Assembly (NCBI GenBank): GCA_039096225.1
Contig: JBBPEB010000013.1
Location: 62,001 to 126,000 of the forward strand
Length of the DNA stretch: 64,000 nucleotides
From: Blastocystis sp. Blastoise
Taxonomy: Eukaryota > Protista > Bigyra: Opalinata
Direction: 5' to 3'
The notes under the pieces are model-generated. The model was not told the DNA's origin, did not search any database, and saw only the letters and a list, made by a program, of their open reading frames with translations. Each line of letters begins with the position of its first letter. The first letter of the stretch is position 1. Both the position numbers and the translations under genes were made by a program. Of the stretch, positions 18,442 to 33,331 are shown piece after piece.

Positions 18442-18964
18442 ATGAAGTATATAAGTACACAAGGAGGAGATAAGAAGTATACATTTAACGATACTCTCCT
18501 TTTATCAGTTGCTGATAACGGAGGATTATTTTATCCTGAATTCATACCTAAAGTATCCAAAGAAACACTTGATGAATGGAAGAAATTATCATATATTGAT
18601 TTATGTACAGAAATCTTACATTTATATATTGGCGATGAATGTATTTCTAAATCAGATTTACATAATGTTGTTGATAAGTCGTATAGTACATTTAGAGATG
18701 ATGAAGTAGTTCCTATCAGTCATGTTGGAGACACCTATTTTGCAGAATTCTTTCATGGACCAACTTATAGTGCTAAAGATTTTGCTATGCTATTTTTAGG
18801 AAAATATATTCAATATTTAATTCAAACTGGTTATAACAATGAAACAAAATTTAATAAAATTATCACAGTTGTTATTTGCAGTCAAAGTAACTCAGGTATC
18901 TATATTTTTTTGTTTATTCATTATTATTATTATTATTATGTTTATGTTTATGTTTATGTTTATG

Positions 18965-18997
<33 letters not shown>

Positions 18998-20681
18998 GTT
19001 ATTATTATATAGGTCCTTCGTGTTTACATAGTATGGTTGATATATCTGAGTCAGCCTCATGTTATGCCATCTATTCCAATAAGGACATAAGAAGAATGAA
19101 TGAACGAGAACTTACGTCACATTTATATACTAATGTTAACTGCGTTGGACTTGATGTATATATTCATTTTATTTTATTTTATTTTATTTTTATTTTATTT
19201 CATTTTATTTTATTTTATTTTATTTATTTTATTTTATTTATTTTATTTTATTTTATTATATTTTATTTTATATTATTTTATTTTATTTTATTTTTATTTT
19301 ATTTTATTTTATTTTATTTTATTTTATTTTATTAATTATTACTTAAAACAATATCTATTCTTTTCCTTTTTAAAAACATATATTTTTCACCTTTAATATA
19401 TAAATCTATTCTATAATAACTAAATGAATATAGGATTGTAATACATCCGAGCTTTTATATTCTTTACGTAAAATGTGTGCAGAGAAACCATTTTCCGATT
19501 ATCAATATTTAGTATGTGCTAATGCTCTTAATTGGTTTAGAGTCCTTCTGGAAATACCGTAAATATATTATATACATCATATTATGTATATCATATTATA
19601 TATATCAAATTATATATATCATATTATATATATCATATTATAAATTATAGTATACTATACTTATATACATATAGAATGTTTTTTTATTCTTTACTTCATT
19701 TAAATACTATTACTTCTTCTTCTTCTCCTATTTCTATTGCTATTCCTACATCTAATTTAACCTCTGTAACCGCGGGAATACTCTCCAAAGAAATGGGCTT
19801 AAATTATAATAAATTAATTGTTGCATGTGGTGAGAAGGATAGTTTTATTGAATTTATGAAAACTGGTGAATATAAAGCTGATATTATTCCTATTGATACT
19901 GTATATATAAATATATATTTGTTTTTTGTTTTTTTACATTTAAGTTTCTATTATCATTTTTTTTTTCAATTCTCTATTTTTATTTATTTTTATAAATATT
20001 TCTATCTTATGTATATATATATATATATATATATAGGACTGTACAAATCCTGTTCTTCATGGTGTTGTTCAATTTAATTTCTGTCGTATATTATATTATC
20101 TTCTAGGTAACGGAAAACAAATCTCTGCCATGAATGACAGTGCTATTTCTAATTGTATATATTTTTAATTATTATTTATTCTATATTATTATTCTTTATT
20201 CTATATTATTATTCTTTATTGTATATTATTATTATATTTTTATTCTATAATAGTAATTACTGGTTATCATGTTGATATTGATATTATTAGAGATAAACTT
20301 GGGTATATAGTTGTTAAAGAAGTAACCAATCAGACTTCCATGAAAACAATTACGAAATATGAAAAACTCTATAAATATTTCATTTGTCCTTATACCGCGC
20401 TTGCAATGAGTGCCGCGGAACAATATATTAATGAAGTTAATAGCACAAATAGTAATCAACCCAAAGATATTATCTTATGTCATACCGTCTCCCATCCCGG
20501 CAAATACCCTATGCATATGGCCAAAGTCCTAGAATGTCCTCCAGGTCAACTTGTTCCTCCCTATATTAGAAATTTAATTAATTTATCGACTCGTAAGTAT
20601 ATAATGAAATACAGTTATGAAACTCTTAAAAACTTTATTTTCTCATCGGCTTGGGATTCAATGAAACAATATCTTCACTAA
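18442..20681 (+). CDS. Threonine synthase-like PLP protein with divergent active-site motifs, 5 introns
   Basis: MKYISTQG...VADNGGLFYPEFIP N-terminus, PLP-lysine motif FHGPTYSAKDFAM, NALNWFR, and C-terminal CPYTA and SHPGKYP, colinear with fungal/proteobacterial-type threonine synthase. Confidence 0.82.
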
Positions 20682-21238
20682 ATATTAATAATAATATTAA
20701 TAATAATATATTTATTTATTTATATTCTTTTCTCTTTATCTTTCATTAGTCATTTTATTAACTATTTGTCTTGTTTATTTATAATTATATATACATATAT
20801 TATTTATATTATAAAACGTAATATAACGGATATAATATTATATATACCAAACATTTGTCATAATAGTCTATTCTTTAAAATTGAGATACATTTATTTCCT
20901 TTATTAATAGTATCAAATATACACTATATAATAGTGAATCTCTTATAATTAATAGAAAATAATAGATTGTCTCCTTTATCATAAAAACAAAACATGAATA
21001 TATATTATAAATAATAAAACGAAATATATAAGACTACAATTATAATGAAAACAAGTCAGCAAGTAGTATAATAATAATACAATAGAAAAAGGAAAAAAAA
21101 GAAAAGAAAAATAGATAATTATTTATTAAAAAAAAACACTCTTATCAAAAGTGAAAAAAAAGAATTCATTATTTATTAAAAATATATATATATAATAAAG
21201 ATATATAAATAGAAAGATAGTGAATACAAATAATCAAA

Positions 21239-23428
21239 TTAGAATGATTTTTCATTAAGTAACATCATCTGATAACAATATATATAATTTTCTTTTGATA
21301 ATTTCATCTGCATAATTCGTCGCTTCACACTCCACTCTCCTTCCTCATTGTAATATCTATGTAATAGTATATAATAAAGGTATATAATAAAGGTATATAT
21401 AATAGTATATAAAATAATAGTATATAATAAAGGTATATATAATAGTATATAATAGTATATAATAAAGGTATATAATAGTATATAATAGTATATAATAGTA
21501 TAGAATAGTATAGAATAGTATATAATTAAGACTATACATATATATATATATATACAGAGGTGTAGAGTACATTTGTCCACTATGAGTAATATAAAGTGCC
21601 CTGTTTTGATCCGCGTTATAAAATAGACGGCCGTTACATTCCCTTAAGTGAGAAAATAAACAGGAATGTAATACATCATCATGCATATCATAACGTATCT
21701 ATATATTATATAAAAAATATATTATATAAAATATATATTATATAAAATATATATTATATAAAATATATATTATATAAAATATATATTATATAAAATATAT
21801 ATTATATAAAATATATATACAGATTTTCCACAAAGCATACAGAAAACAACGTCATCAGTAGTAATAGTGCAACAGGAACAAGGGAAATTGAATGAAGTTG
21901 ATGACTATATATATATATGATAATGTTATCTAATGATATAGAATAGATTGAATGATATATAATAATTATAAATAATATATATATATACTGGATAGATTTG
22001 ATGTATATTATTATATAGAGTGACATAATCTGATGGTAATTGCATTATAGATAAAGGAGTTAATAAAGGAAGAGAGAGAGAAAATGATAATTCACAATCT
22101 TTATAATATTCATTCATTTGAGTGGTTAATTTAATAAGTTTCGCGGCATAATCAGGATGCGTCATCGTAGCTGTTAATCCTTCTGGTAACTTCATGGACT
22201 TTAATAAAATATTTGTATCATATTCCCACGGGAAATAAGAGGAAGACATAAATGAATCCATATCTTCATAATTAAAATATTGTTTATTATTTTGATTTGT
22301 ATATGTATATATAGATAAGGCTTGTATTGTGATCTCTATAGAAGTATATATATATATATATATGGATTTATTACTAATATATATATATACGAATTTGTCT
22401 TAAGAAAGGTCTAGTGAAATCTTCAAAGAATTTTTCATATTGATTATTAATAAGAAGTTGTTTATAGTAAAATAAGTTTTGTTGAGACATCAACGTTTGT
22501 ATATTGATTTCTTTTTGATATAAGTATATACATGTAAGAGGAGGAAGGGAAAAAGGAAGCGTTATATCTATATAATAATATAATATAATATATAATAATA
22601 AAATATATAATATATAATATATAATATATATACTAAGATGGAAATAATCATTAATAATGCACATGACAGTGTACATTTGGAAGACCAATAAAGTGTAATA
22701 TTCAGGTAATAATATTTCAATTGTATTCTTTAGTGTTTCAGTGTAGAAATGAGTACAAGGATTAAAGGAATATGCTATATAATATAATATAATAATAACA
22801 TAAAATAATAATAAACATACATTGTAAATCATATATAATAGACATAATCATAGCATTATTTAATAAATCAACAAATAAATCAGATAAATTCAGTGAGTTC
22901 TGTAACGTTAATTTATGTTGAATATTAAGTGATTTATAATAATTTGATTCAATTTGTCGTTGTGTGAATGTCGTTGCATCCGATGGAACACTTTCTGTTC
23001 CTAATTCTAATTGATGAATCATATCTTCGGCACGCACGTGCGCAGTGTATACGTCATTATCATTGTTGATTGACGCATGGTATCCTAAAATATCTAATCC
23101 CCCAAGAGTACCACGGAAATCATAATGATAAACACGGGGATAATGCAAATAAAAAGAACACTATATTATATATATATATATATCATAAATATTCTAAAAA
23201 ATATACTATTCTTTCACCTTCATTTGTCTTTAGAATATTAACAATATAACGGAGATATAAATTATCCAATAAAACAGAAAGGTATTGCAATTGTGTTCCT
23301 TTCAAATATTTATAATATACATAAGGCATATCATAACGATCATAAATAACTTGAGAAATATCCGCGGGAATCTCAGGAATAGGATGAGCAAGGAATGGAT
23401 AAATAGCGGGAATTGGAACATCACTATT

Positions 23429-23473
<45 letters not shown>

Positions 23474-24534
23474 TAAAGTTGATTCTCTATAGTATAATAG
23501 TATACCCAGGAAATCTTGATTATAACACATATTTGAAAGATAATTAACTGAATTGACATATGTATGCAATACAGACTGACTACCCTATATATATATATGC
23601 TCATTGTTATAGTTATATATATATACATATAATTATATATATATACAGAAGAAATATTCTCAATTTTTGTTTGTTGTTCTAATGTACCTAAAATCTTCTC
23701 TAAATAATCATGATTCGCAAAGAAAAGAGATTGTAACGGCTATATATATAAATATATTATTGTTATATATTATTATTCTATTTATATACAACTTGGAATA
23801 TAAATTCACGATCACAATAAGGTTTCTATATATATATTATTGTAAATAAATACTTATATATATAACAATATAGAATATACACTAATAAAAGTATCAATAA
23901 TTTGTTGTAAAGTTAAACGTGATTTAGAACCGTTATACGCGTCATCTCCTCCTTCATCACCAGTCAAATGCATCTCTTGTATATTGAATCTAGTTTCCGT
24001 GTTGGGTAGGTAGCTGGTGTCATGAAGTGAAGGAAGAGGAGCAATAGTAGAATTAGTATTATTATTATTATCTTTATTATCCTCATTATTATTATCTTTA
24101 TTATTATTATTATCATCATCATCAATATCAATATCAATATCAATATCCTTATTATTATTATCATGTGTTTCATTTACATTCATATATTTATTACTATTAT
24201 TATATAGACTCATATAACTATTACCATTAATATCATCATCATCATCAATAGTATTTATATTATTAATACTACCTATATATTCATTCTTATGTTCTTTATC
24301 TTCATTTTTATTTTCATCTTCATCTTCATCTTCATTTATACATTTTCTTTTTGGAATATATTCATAAGCACATAATTGTTTTTCTTTCCATTCACTCGAG
24401 TCCCGCGGTAAAAACATTTTTTTGTCCAAGTTCTTTACATTTAACGGGAGATTAATTGGTAAATGAAGAGAAGTATCGACATAAAGATCATTTATTCGAC
24501 GTCTACATATAGGACATACTGCTTGTTCTAAATG

Positions 24535-24573
<39 letters not shown>

Positions 24574-25247
24574 TATATATATATAATATTATATATATAC
24601 AAGAGAAGAAAGACATTGACGATGTATATAATGATTACAGGCCTATATATATATATATATAGAAAATAAATAATATATATTATAGTAATAAATTTAATAT
24701 AATATATATATATATACCACAAATCGATATTTTTGATGATGCACGTGACTGGATGTAACGGAGAATCGAGGTCCCGTAAGAGATCGTGTGGTTGTGATTG
24801 GACGAACGGAATATACTTTGTCCATTTCTGTTAAGAACTGACAATATAACGAAACTATATATATATACAATCCATACAAAAGAATACATATATATACAAT
24901 TATTATCAATAAATTCTTGACTAAATAATCCTTTAATACTATTCTTATCCTTAGGAATACTATTTCCCTGTTGACGAATCATTTCATTTGATTTTTTCAT
25001 ATTGTTGATATCATCAATAAACAGTTGAATATCCATTCCCGCGGGGATAACACCACAGTCCTGTAATTGTTTTAATAAAGAGTCCTGTGTTTCTATAGAT
25101 TCATTTGCATATAAGAAATTATCTAAACATCCTCTTAAGTTATGCATATCTTGATTATTATATGCAACTATATATCCCAGCATATATGTATATTGAGATT
25201 GAGTACTCTCTTCAGAAATCACGTGACACACACTACAATCATGTGTA

Positions 25248-25322
<75 letters not shown>

Positions 25323-26150
25323 TGGAGAAGCAAATTTCTTTTGAAGATGATTCGACAGTAACACTTTCTTTATTAATATCATTATTATTATCATTATTAT
25401 TATCATTATTAATATCATTATTATTAATAGTACTAACTGAAGTAGCAGTATTAGATACAGGTATATCGATATCAATAGGATTTTCAGTTCCCGCCAAAAT
25501 AGTTTTGCCGTTAGAATCAACAGGGGATTGTGTTTTAGGATTAGATGAAGATGGCGTTTCTGATTGGACACTAACTGAAACATGATTATCTATTGGAGTC
25601 TCTGCAGTGTTCTTCACAGAGTGATCTTTAGGAACACTATCATCATTATCATCAATATCATCAAAAAGATCCAGAAAAGTATCCATTTGATTGGATATTT
25701 GATTAAACGTCTATGTATTAATATATTTATTACTATGATAATTATTATTATAAATACCTCGAGATTAGCTGAAACAGAAGCTTTCTGGGCTTCACTATAT
25801 ATATAATTTAATATATAATATTTAATAAATAATATATACGAATGTTTAGGATTGATATATGCCTTTTGCTCTTTTGTTTTTGCATATAAATTTAGAATAA
25901 AATATATATGTTCATATATAGGAGTATTCTCAAGTAATAATGATGATTCCAAAAGTAACTATATAGTATATAGTTATAGTATATATTATATAATACATAG
26001 TATATACATCAACAATAGACTTTTGTTCATAATTCATATAATTCATTTTTGACCATATAAATTGATATATAGAGGAAGGAAAAGAAGATGAATCTATATC
26101 TTTAGGAGAAAAACTTACATACTGAATTTTACCAAAGGAATATTTTTCTA

Positions 26151-26193
<43 letters not shown>

Positions 26194-27541
26194 TAAAAGT
26201 ATATATAGCATAAGAATATATATATATATATACCTTTAAGTAGTAAGAGATAAAGTGCATGAAGAACAAGCAGAATATAAGTGACGACGCTACTGTCAGA
26301 GAGATGACGCTCCTTTTGAATGAAAAGGCACGTGTATATATATATACAAATCAAAGGAGAATGAGAATATCCATAAAAGGATTGACTATATATTAATAAT
26401 AATAATATATATATATATATATATATACAGATAATCAGGATGTATATGATTATCAAAATCAGAAACTTTATAAAATGGTTGAGAACAACGACCCAAATAT
26501 TTCTATATATATATAGATTATATATATAGATTATATATATATATACAATAAAACTACGAATAAAACTGATTGGACAAAGATTTAAATGAAATAGATTCAC
26601 ACTGGAATAGTATTCCTTTTTTAAAACGTAATTAAACGATTCTGATCCCTTAGATTCAGTAAGATCTGAAACCTAGATAGAATAATAAATATTATAAATA
26701 TATAATTATATATTATATTATATTATATTAAATATATACTTTATTTACACATGATTTTAGAATATCTGTACGATCATTTGTACGGATAACATTCTCTATT
26801 TCACTATAGGTCAAGTCCTGTATAGATAAATTGAATTTGAGTAATTCTTCAATACGTTCCTATATAATATTATATATATAAATACATTATCAAAGCAACT
26901 AGATGTAATTATAGTACTTATATATATATACTTCTTCAGTGTAATCTCTACAATAAGCACCATATAGAATATAAAGAATAGCAATGCACATGCTTTTCAT
27001 GATTCCATCACGTGATGTTAACGACTCATCCTCACTTTCTTGAAACGATTTATAAGAATCGAAAAAATCTTCTTGTTTCGAACGTCGATAAAATTGTGGG
27101 AAAAATCCTTGTACTAAAACACGCATCATAATTTGAGGTCCCATCATCACATTTATTATCTATATATAGTCATATATAATTATATATAATTATATATAAT
27201 TATATATAAATATATAATAAATATGATTATAAATAATTATAAATAATTCCTTATAATATATATATAATCAATTAAATAGTTTTTTATACTTGCATCATTC
27301 CCGTGATTATTTGGTTATATGTAAAATGTTCTGATGATTTATCGAAATAAGAAAGTGCTTTAAATTGAACAGTACGGAATCGAAGTAAATCATATATATT
27401 TAAAGCATATTGACATATAAATAGATGAACAAAAGTCTTTGTTATATCTGCAAGAATATCCGTGGGAATATAATAAGTAACATGAAGAAGTGGAATAGAT
27501 ATAATATTCGATTTTACTAACTCACCCCTATATATATATAT

Positions 27542-27576
<35 letters not shown>

Positions 27577-30468
27577 TTAAAAAAGAACAAAGATTAAAGA
27601 ACAGGTATATAAATATATATATAACTTAAATAAATAATTAAGTTTACTATTATTATTATATACGTCTATATATATATATATATACCAGAATAGCATAACA
27701 AATAGATAAAAAGTAGGATATATATCAAGATATCCTCCTTTATATATAGGTTCATTAGCTTTACCATAATCTACATGGGTCAATGTCTTCTCATGAAGCG
27801 ATTCCCGCGGGGGATACGTGATATAAAACTCAAACATATTCTTTGTTAAGATTAAAATAGCCATTTTTTGTTTCTATATATCATATATATATTAGTTATT
27901 GATATTTTTAATATATTTTTAATATGAATAAAATATATATATAATATATTTTAAATATATAATATATATAAATAATATATATATATATATACATAAGTAG
28001 GTAGTTGTTTAATGAACTGAATGAGATAGCATATAATATCATAGAGACGTTGAGTAATAGAAGTATATGTATATAGAACAGTTTCTTGTTTTGTAAGTAT
28101 AGTTTCGTTAATAGTTAACTCAGTCTCTAAAGTCAATACACCAGTTGCCTATAGTTATATATATATATATATATAGTAGATGAATAAATAATAATTATAT
28201 TTATAGAATAAGAAAGAATAATTATCATTCAATAATAAATATATATATATATATATAAAATAAAATATCATGATATATATAATAATATAAACCCTATTTA
28301 TATTTATAATAAATATATATATATATATATATAAATATATACTTGTAGGCATGTAAGATATTCGATGAATTGTTTGTGTAGAGTGAATTCCTTTGATAGA
28401 AATACACATTGACATGGTTTATTCAGCTGTACATGTTCACTAAACATAATAGATAATGATATATCTAATGTAAGAAGTAAACTTGACACACGAGGATCCT
28501 GAAAGAAAAATGTGGATAGAAAATCTATAGAATAGAATAAACAGTAGATATACTATTCATTTGAAACATTAAGTATATATAATATAATATATTATAATAA
28601 CAATATATAATATATATAATTATTAAAAATATATATATAATATATATAATTATTAAAAAAAACAATATATAATATATATAATTATTAAAATAACAATATA
28701 TAATATATATAATTATTAAAAAAAAAACAATATATAATATATATAATTATTAAAAAAAACAATATATATATTATAAAAAAGTTATAAATAACAATATATA
28801 TATATACCTCTTTTAACTTTAAGTTTTTGGTCCATAACAATATTCTTATAAAGAGAAACAGTAGATAAGAAATAATCTTGAACACTTAAATATTCTTCTG
28901 CCGTTAAATAATCACGATTAGTATTTAACGATACGGAACTGACATAAGAATCTAAAGCATCAAAATTTATCTTATTATCTATATATATAATAATGCATAT
29001 ATCAAATTATAGATATATAATAATTATATATAAAAAAAAGAATGAATACTAAAAGCAGAATTACTTGCACTAAAATAAGCTTTTGTAATAATATTCCTTA
29101 GAATAGAGGAATACTGTTTCGCCCACATGCTTAAGAACCACTTATCAATAATCATTACAAAGAAAAATCGTAATAATAATTTCTATAAATAATATTTATT
29201 AATCATATATATTTATTTAGTACTATATAAATAGTTAGAATATAAAGTATATTAATTTTAATTATTCTATAAATATATATACATATGTTTGGTCACTAAT
29301 AGAGAGTAGATAATAGAATAATATAGAGATTAAAGACTCAGTATCTAAATGTGTATATATATGTTTATCTTGAATAAATGACAAAGCTAATGCATTTAAA
29401 TGAAGAGGAAGAAAATGACGAGAGTCATAGGTTAATAAAACCCTCGCTAATAATCGACGCGTTGAGGGTCCTTCCTTCCCAAAACGGCCAAGTAATGAAA
29501 ATATCTTATCTTGCATCTATATATATTATTTATTTATATTTATAATAAATAATGTGTATAATGATATATATATTATATATAAAATAATATATATATTATA
29601 TATAGAATAATATATATATATTATATATTATATATTATATATTATATATAGAAAAAAATATATATATATACAGGTTTATAATCGTTAAGTCGTCTCATAT
29701 TGACTAATGTTTTTGGATCATTATTATTTTTATCTATACATTCATATAAGGCATAATATTCAATTAAAGAAGCACCAAAGAATAATAATGAGTAGAATAA
29801 AACGATCAAATGATGCTTTACTCTATATATATAATGAAAATAATAAATTGATAAAAAAAAAGATATATTTGATAAAAAAAATTATATAATATATAAAACA
29901 AATACATAGGATTCAACAACAGATCTGGATCTTCTACTTTTTTGTGATTTCTATGTCTATTGCAAAAACCATTTGGATCAAATGACACAGGATCACCACA
30001 ATCACAATTACCATCTGAAGAAATTTTTTCATAATAATAATTATGACCCTATATAACATATATAGAAGACAGGAAACAATAAATTATATTCAATCAAATA
30101 AGAAAAATTAAAAACTTACAACGTGTTTTGAAGGATCAAAACAATCAATACAAATAATACTCGTAGGATACTTTCCACAAGTATTACAACGAACAGCTGT
30201 CATTATTTCTTCTTCAAATGTTACTGTACAACGTTGATTTGATGGAAGTGTTTTAGATAAATCTTTCAACCATTGCTCAATTTTAATATCTTTACTTTTT
30301 GTAATATAAAATGATACAAACTAAATAGGTAATCCATTTTTATCATAGATAAAGTAATACATTCATAATGGCTTCAGGCGTTTCAAATTCAATAAACCAT
30401 TTTTTAAATAACACATCTATAAATGCAGATATATCATCCCAAGGAATATTAATATCTATAACTCTCAT
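21239..30468 (-). CDS. UBR1-like (N-recognin) E3 ubiquitin ligase, more than 20 introns
   Basis: UBR box CTVTF...VRCNTCGKYPTSIICIDCF...HVGHNY...GNCDCGDP...FCNRH; split RING-H2 CSVC...ACNHYIHRQC...CPICRR; C-terminal CSCC...CMLCG...HLREC...YYNEEGE domain. All junctions are in phase. ATG 30468, stop 21239. Confidence 0.85.
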
Positions 30469-31143
30469 TGTTTTATTGAAAAAAGAAGTTGTATCTAGAA
30501 AAACAAGAAAAAGTTCACAAGAAAAACAAGTTTCATCAAAAATGTTTTTCTAAGGATGGCGTTTTTCCTTTTTTGGTTTGGCATAAAAAGATTCAGTTGT
30601 TTTTAAAAAAATTTATTTATTTATATATTTTCAATCAACCGAATAATTTTATATATAGATATTATGTAGAAACTAATTCTTTATTCGATAGTGTATTATA
30701 TGTATAGTTATTTTATGCTCTTCGACCATGTTTCATCTTTTTATGTAAATAGATATCTTTATTTTACAATGAAATTCAATAGTTCAACTCTCTTTATGAT
30801 TTATAATCAATAGCTATATTCAATGTGATATTCATATTCATGTACATTATTTGTTTTTCAACGATTACTATGAATATGTCATCAAGAAATGGTTTTCACA
30901 TTGTTCATAATACGTAAATACTACTTAAACAATTTTTAAAACATTACGTATGACATTTCTTTATTTTAAAAAAACATTTCATACACTATTTTTTATATTT
31001 AAAGTATTTAGACGTGAAGCAGCTTTTATCTTTGTTCTGGAAATAAGAAAAAGTGTTTTATATAAACTAAATACTAAATACTTTTTTAAAAATCTAGTTT
31101 TTTTTTAATTTTTACTTTTATTAGCTAAAAGTAGCAATTAAAA

Positions 31144-33010
31144 ATGTCACATCCAATGCATCAAAGTAACTTAGATCTAGATATATTATTTAGATATACT
31201 TATTCGTTGAATCAAATTTGTCAAAATTGTATTCATTCATGGAACAATCAAATAAATCATATTTTATGTTCCTATGAGTTTCTAAATCAAGTAATTAATA
31301 GTGTTTCAAGTTATAAAGATGAAGCTCATAATGAAAACATGCAAAGCAACAAGAATCTTTCTTTATCTCTTTCAAATAATAAATATGATTCTCCAAAGCC
31401 TGATCAATCACCTAATGAGCATATTAATATCTATTTTAAGGGGTTATCTACAATCTGTCAACTTTCAAGAAGTCAAATTAATCAAATGAAAGGAACGTAT
31501 ATATCAGAAATGGTAGATAATGAAGAATTAACAGATGATGGATCTGTATATGTTGAATATGAAGATACATTGTCTCCATTAATGATGGATATATATAAAG
31601 GAACCTCTATAGATTATTCTCAATTTACTAAATCACAGCAAATAGAAATCTTACGATTTTATGAGTTTTTGTCATTGCCGATGTCTGATGAATTATCTTT
31701 ATCACTTGAATTATTTGTTCCAAGGCCAGTAAAATACTCTAAGAATCAAATTATTCATATAAAAGTGAATGGTATTCTTGATGATATTCTGACGAACTTT
31801 ATGAATGACGAAAAACTCATGGAAAAATGGTTATCTATTAAACATAATAGTACAGTTCTTTATGATTATTTCTCAGATATGTATTATATAGATGAGAATA
31901 TAGAATATATTCAATATATAGATGAATATATTACTAGTCGAACTATATCTATACCTGAGAATGAAAAGTTATCATTTAAATATGAATATTTAATTCAACA
32001 ATCGTATTTATTAGGTCATCGTCATATAGCTCAAATACGTTATATTATGTTACCATTCTTCTCATCCTCTTCTCTTTTAGATACAAATATGCAAACGATA
32101 CTTTCTCGAATGTTAGGTATTAACAAGAAATGGACACGTATTTATTCGTATGTCTTTTTTTCTATTTATGTTTTATTTTTTTATTCTATAATAGTATTTT
32201 TTTTAATTCTAAAATAATATTTTTTTTATTCTATAATAGTATTTTTTTTTATTCTATAATAATTTTTATTTTATTATATAATAATTTTTATTTTATTATA
32301 TAATACTATTTTATTCTATACCATTTTTTTAATCCTATAATAATTCTTTTATATATTCTATAATAATATATTTATATTTTATAAATTTTTTTATATCGTA
32401 TAATATTTCTATAGTGGTAAACTTAACGGCTTTGGGAGTTCCACGTTTCATTCTAAATGTGATAATCAAGGAGAAACAGTTGTTATTCTGAATATTAAGA
32501 GAAATCAAACAGAATTTATTTGTGGGGGATATACTTCACAATCATGGAACTCTGATGGAAGTATATATATATATATATCTATATATATATATATATATTA
32601 TAAAAGTCTTTACATTCTATTCATTTGGACATATTGATATTTATTTATAAATAATTAAAGATAAATATATATATTATATAATAATAATATAATTACTATT
32701 ATAATAAATAGAATGGATATATGATAAAGATGCTTTTCTCTTTTCTCTTCCAAATGCTCAATATACAAGTACATATATCTATCCTATAAGAGATCCTAAT
32801 TATTCTATCTATGGTAATAAAGATATTGGTCCTCAATTTGGTGCAGGACCTGATCTCTGTATAGCAAATCAAGTTGATAATACTATTTTCAATTCTTCTA
32901 CTCCTTATTCTTATGATTACTCGTCATTACCCCATGGACAACAACCGTTCATTGATGCTACCTATTTTCAAATTAATGAGATTGAAGTATTCAAATCAAT
33001 TTCTTTATAA
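31144..33010 (+). CDS. TLDc-domain protein, 2 introns
   Basis: Spliced C-terminus WTRIYSGKLNGFGSSTFHSKCDNQGETVV...ICGGYTSQSW...DKDAFLFSL...GPQFGAGPDLCI...FQINEIEVF is a TLDc domain. TAA 33008-33010. Confidence 0.85.
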
Positions 33011-33331
33011 AATTAAAAACCACTTATATTTATTATTATTATTTATTTATTCATTCATGATATATTCTATATTACTGAAAACATTTTTATTTTTTTTTTG
33101 TAATAATTATTATATAATAAACAAAACACAATATATAGTACTATAAGTCTATCAACAATATAACAATTATATTCCAAATAATGTTTAATGGAATATTATA
33201 TATATATATATATATAGTATAATATATATATATATGAAAAGAAAATAATTTTTTAAAAAAGAGTATAATAGTACAATGAAAAAAATAAGATATTGTATAT
33301 AATATATATTATAGATATCTAGACAATATGT

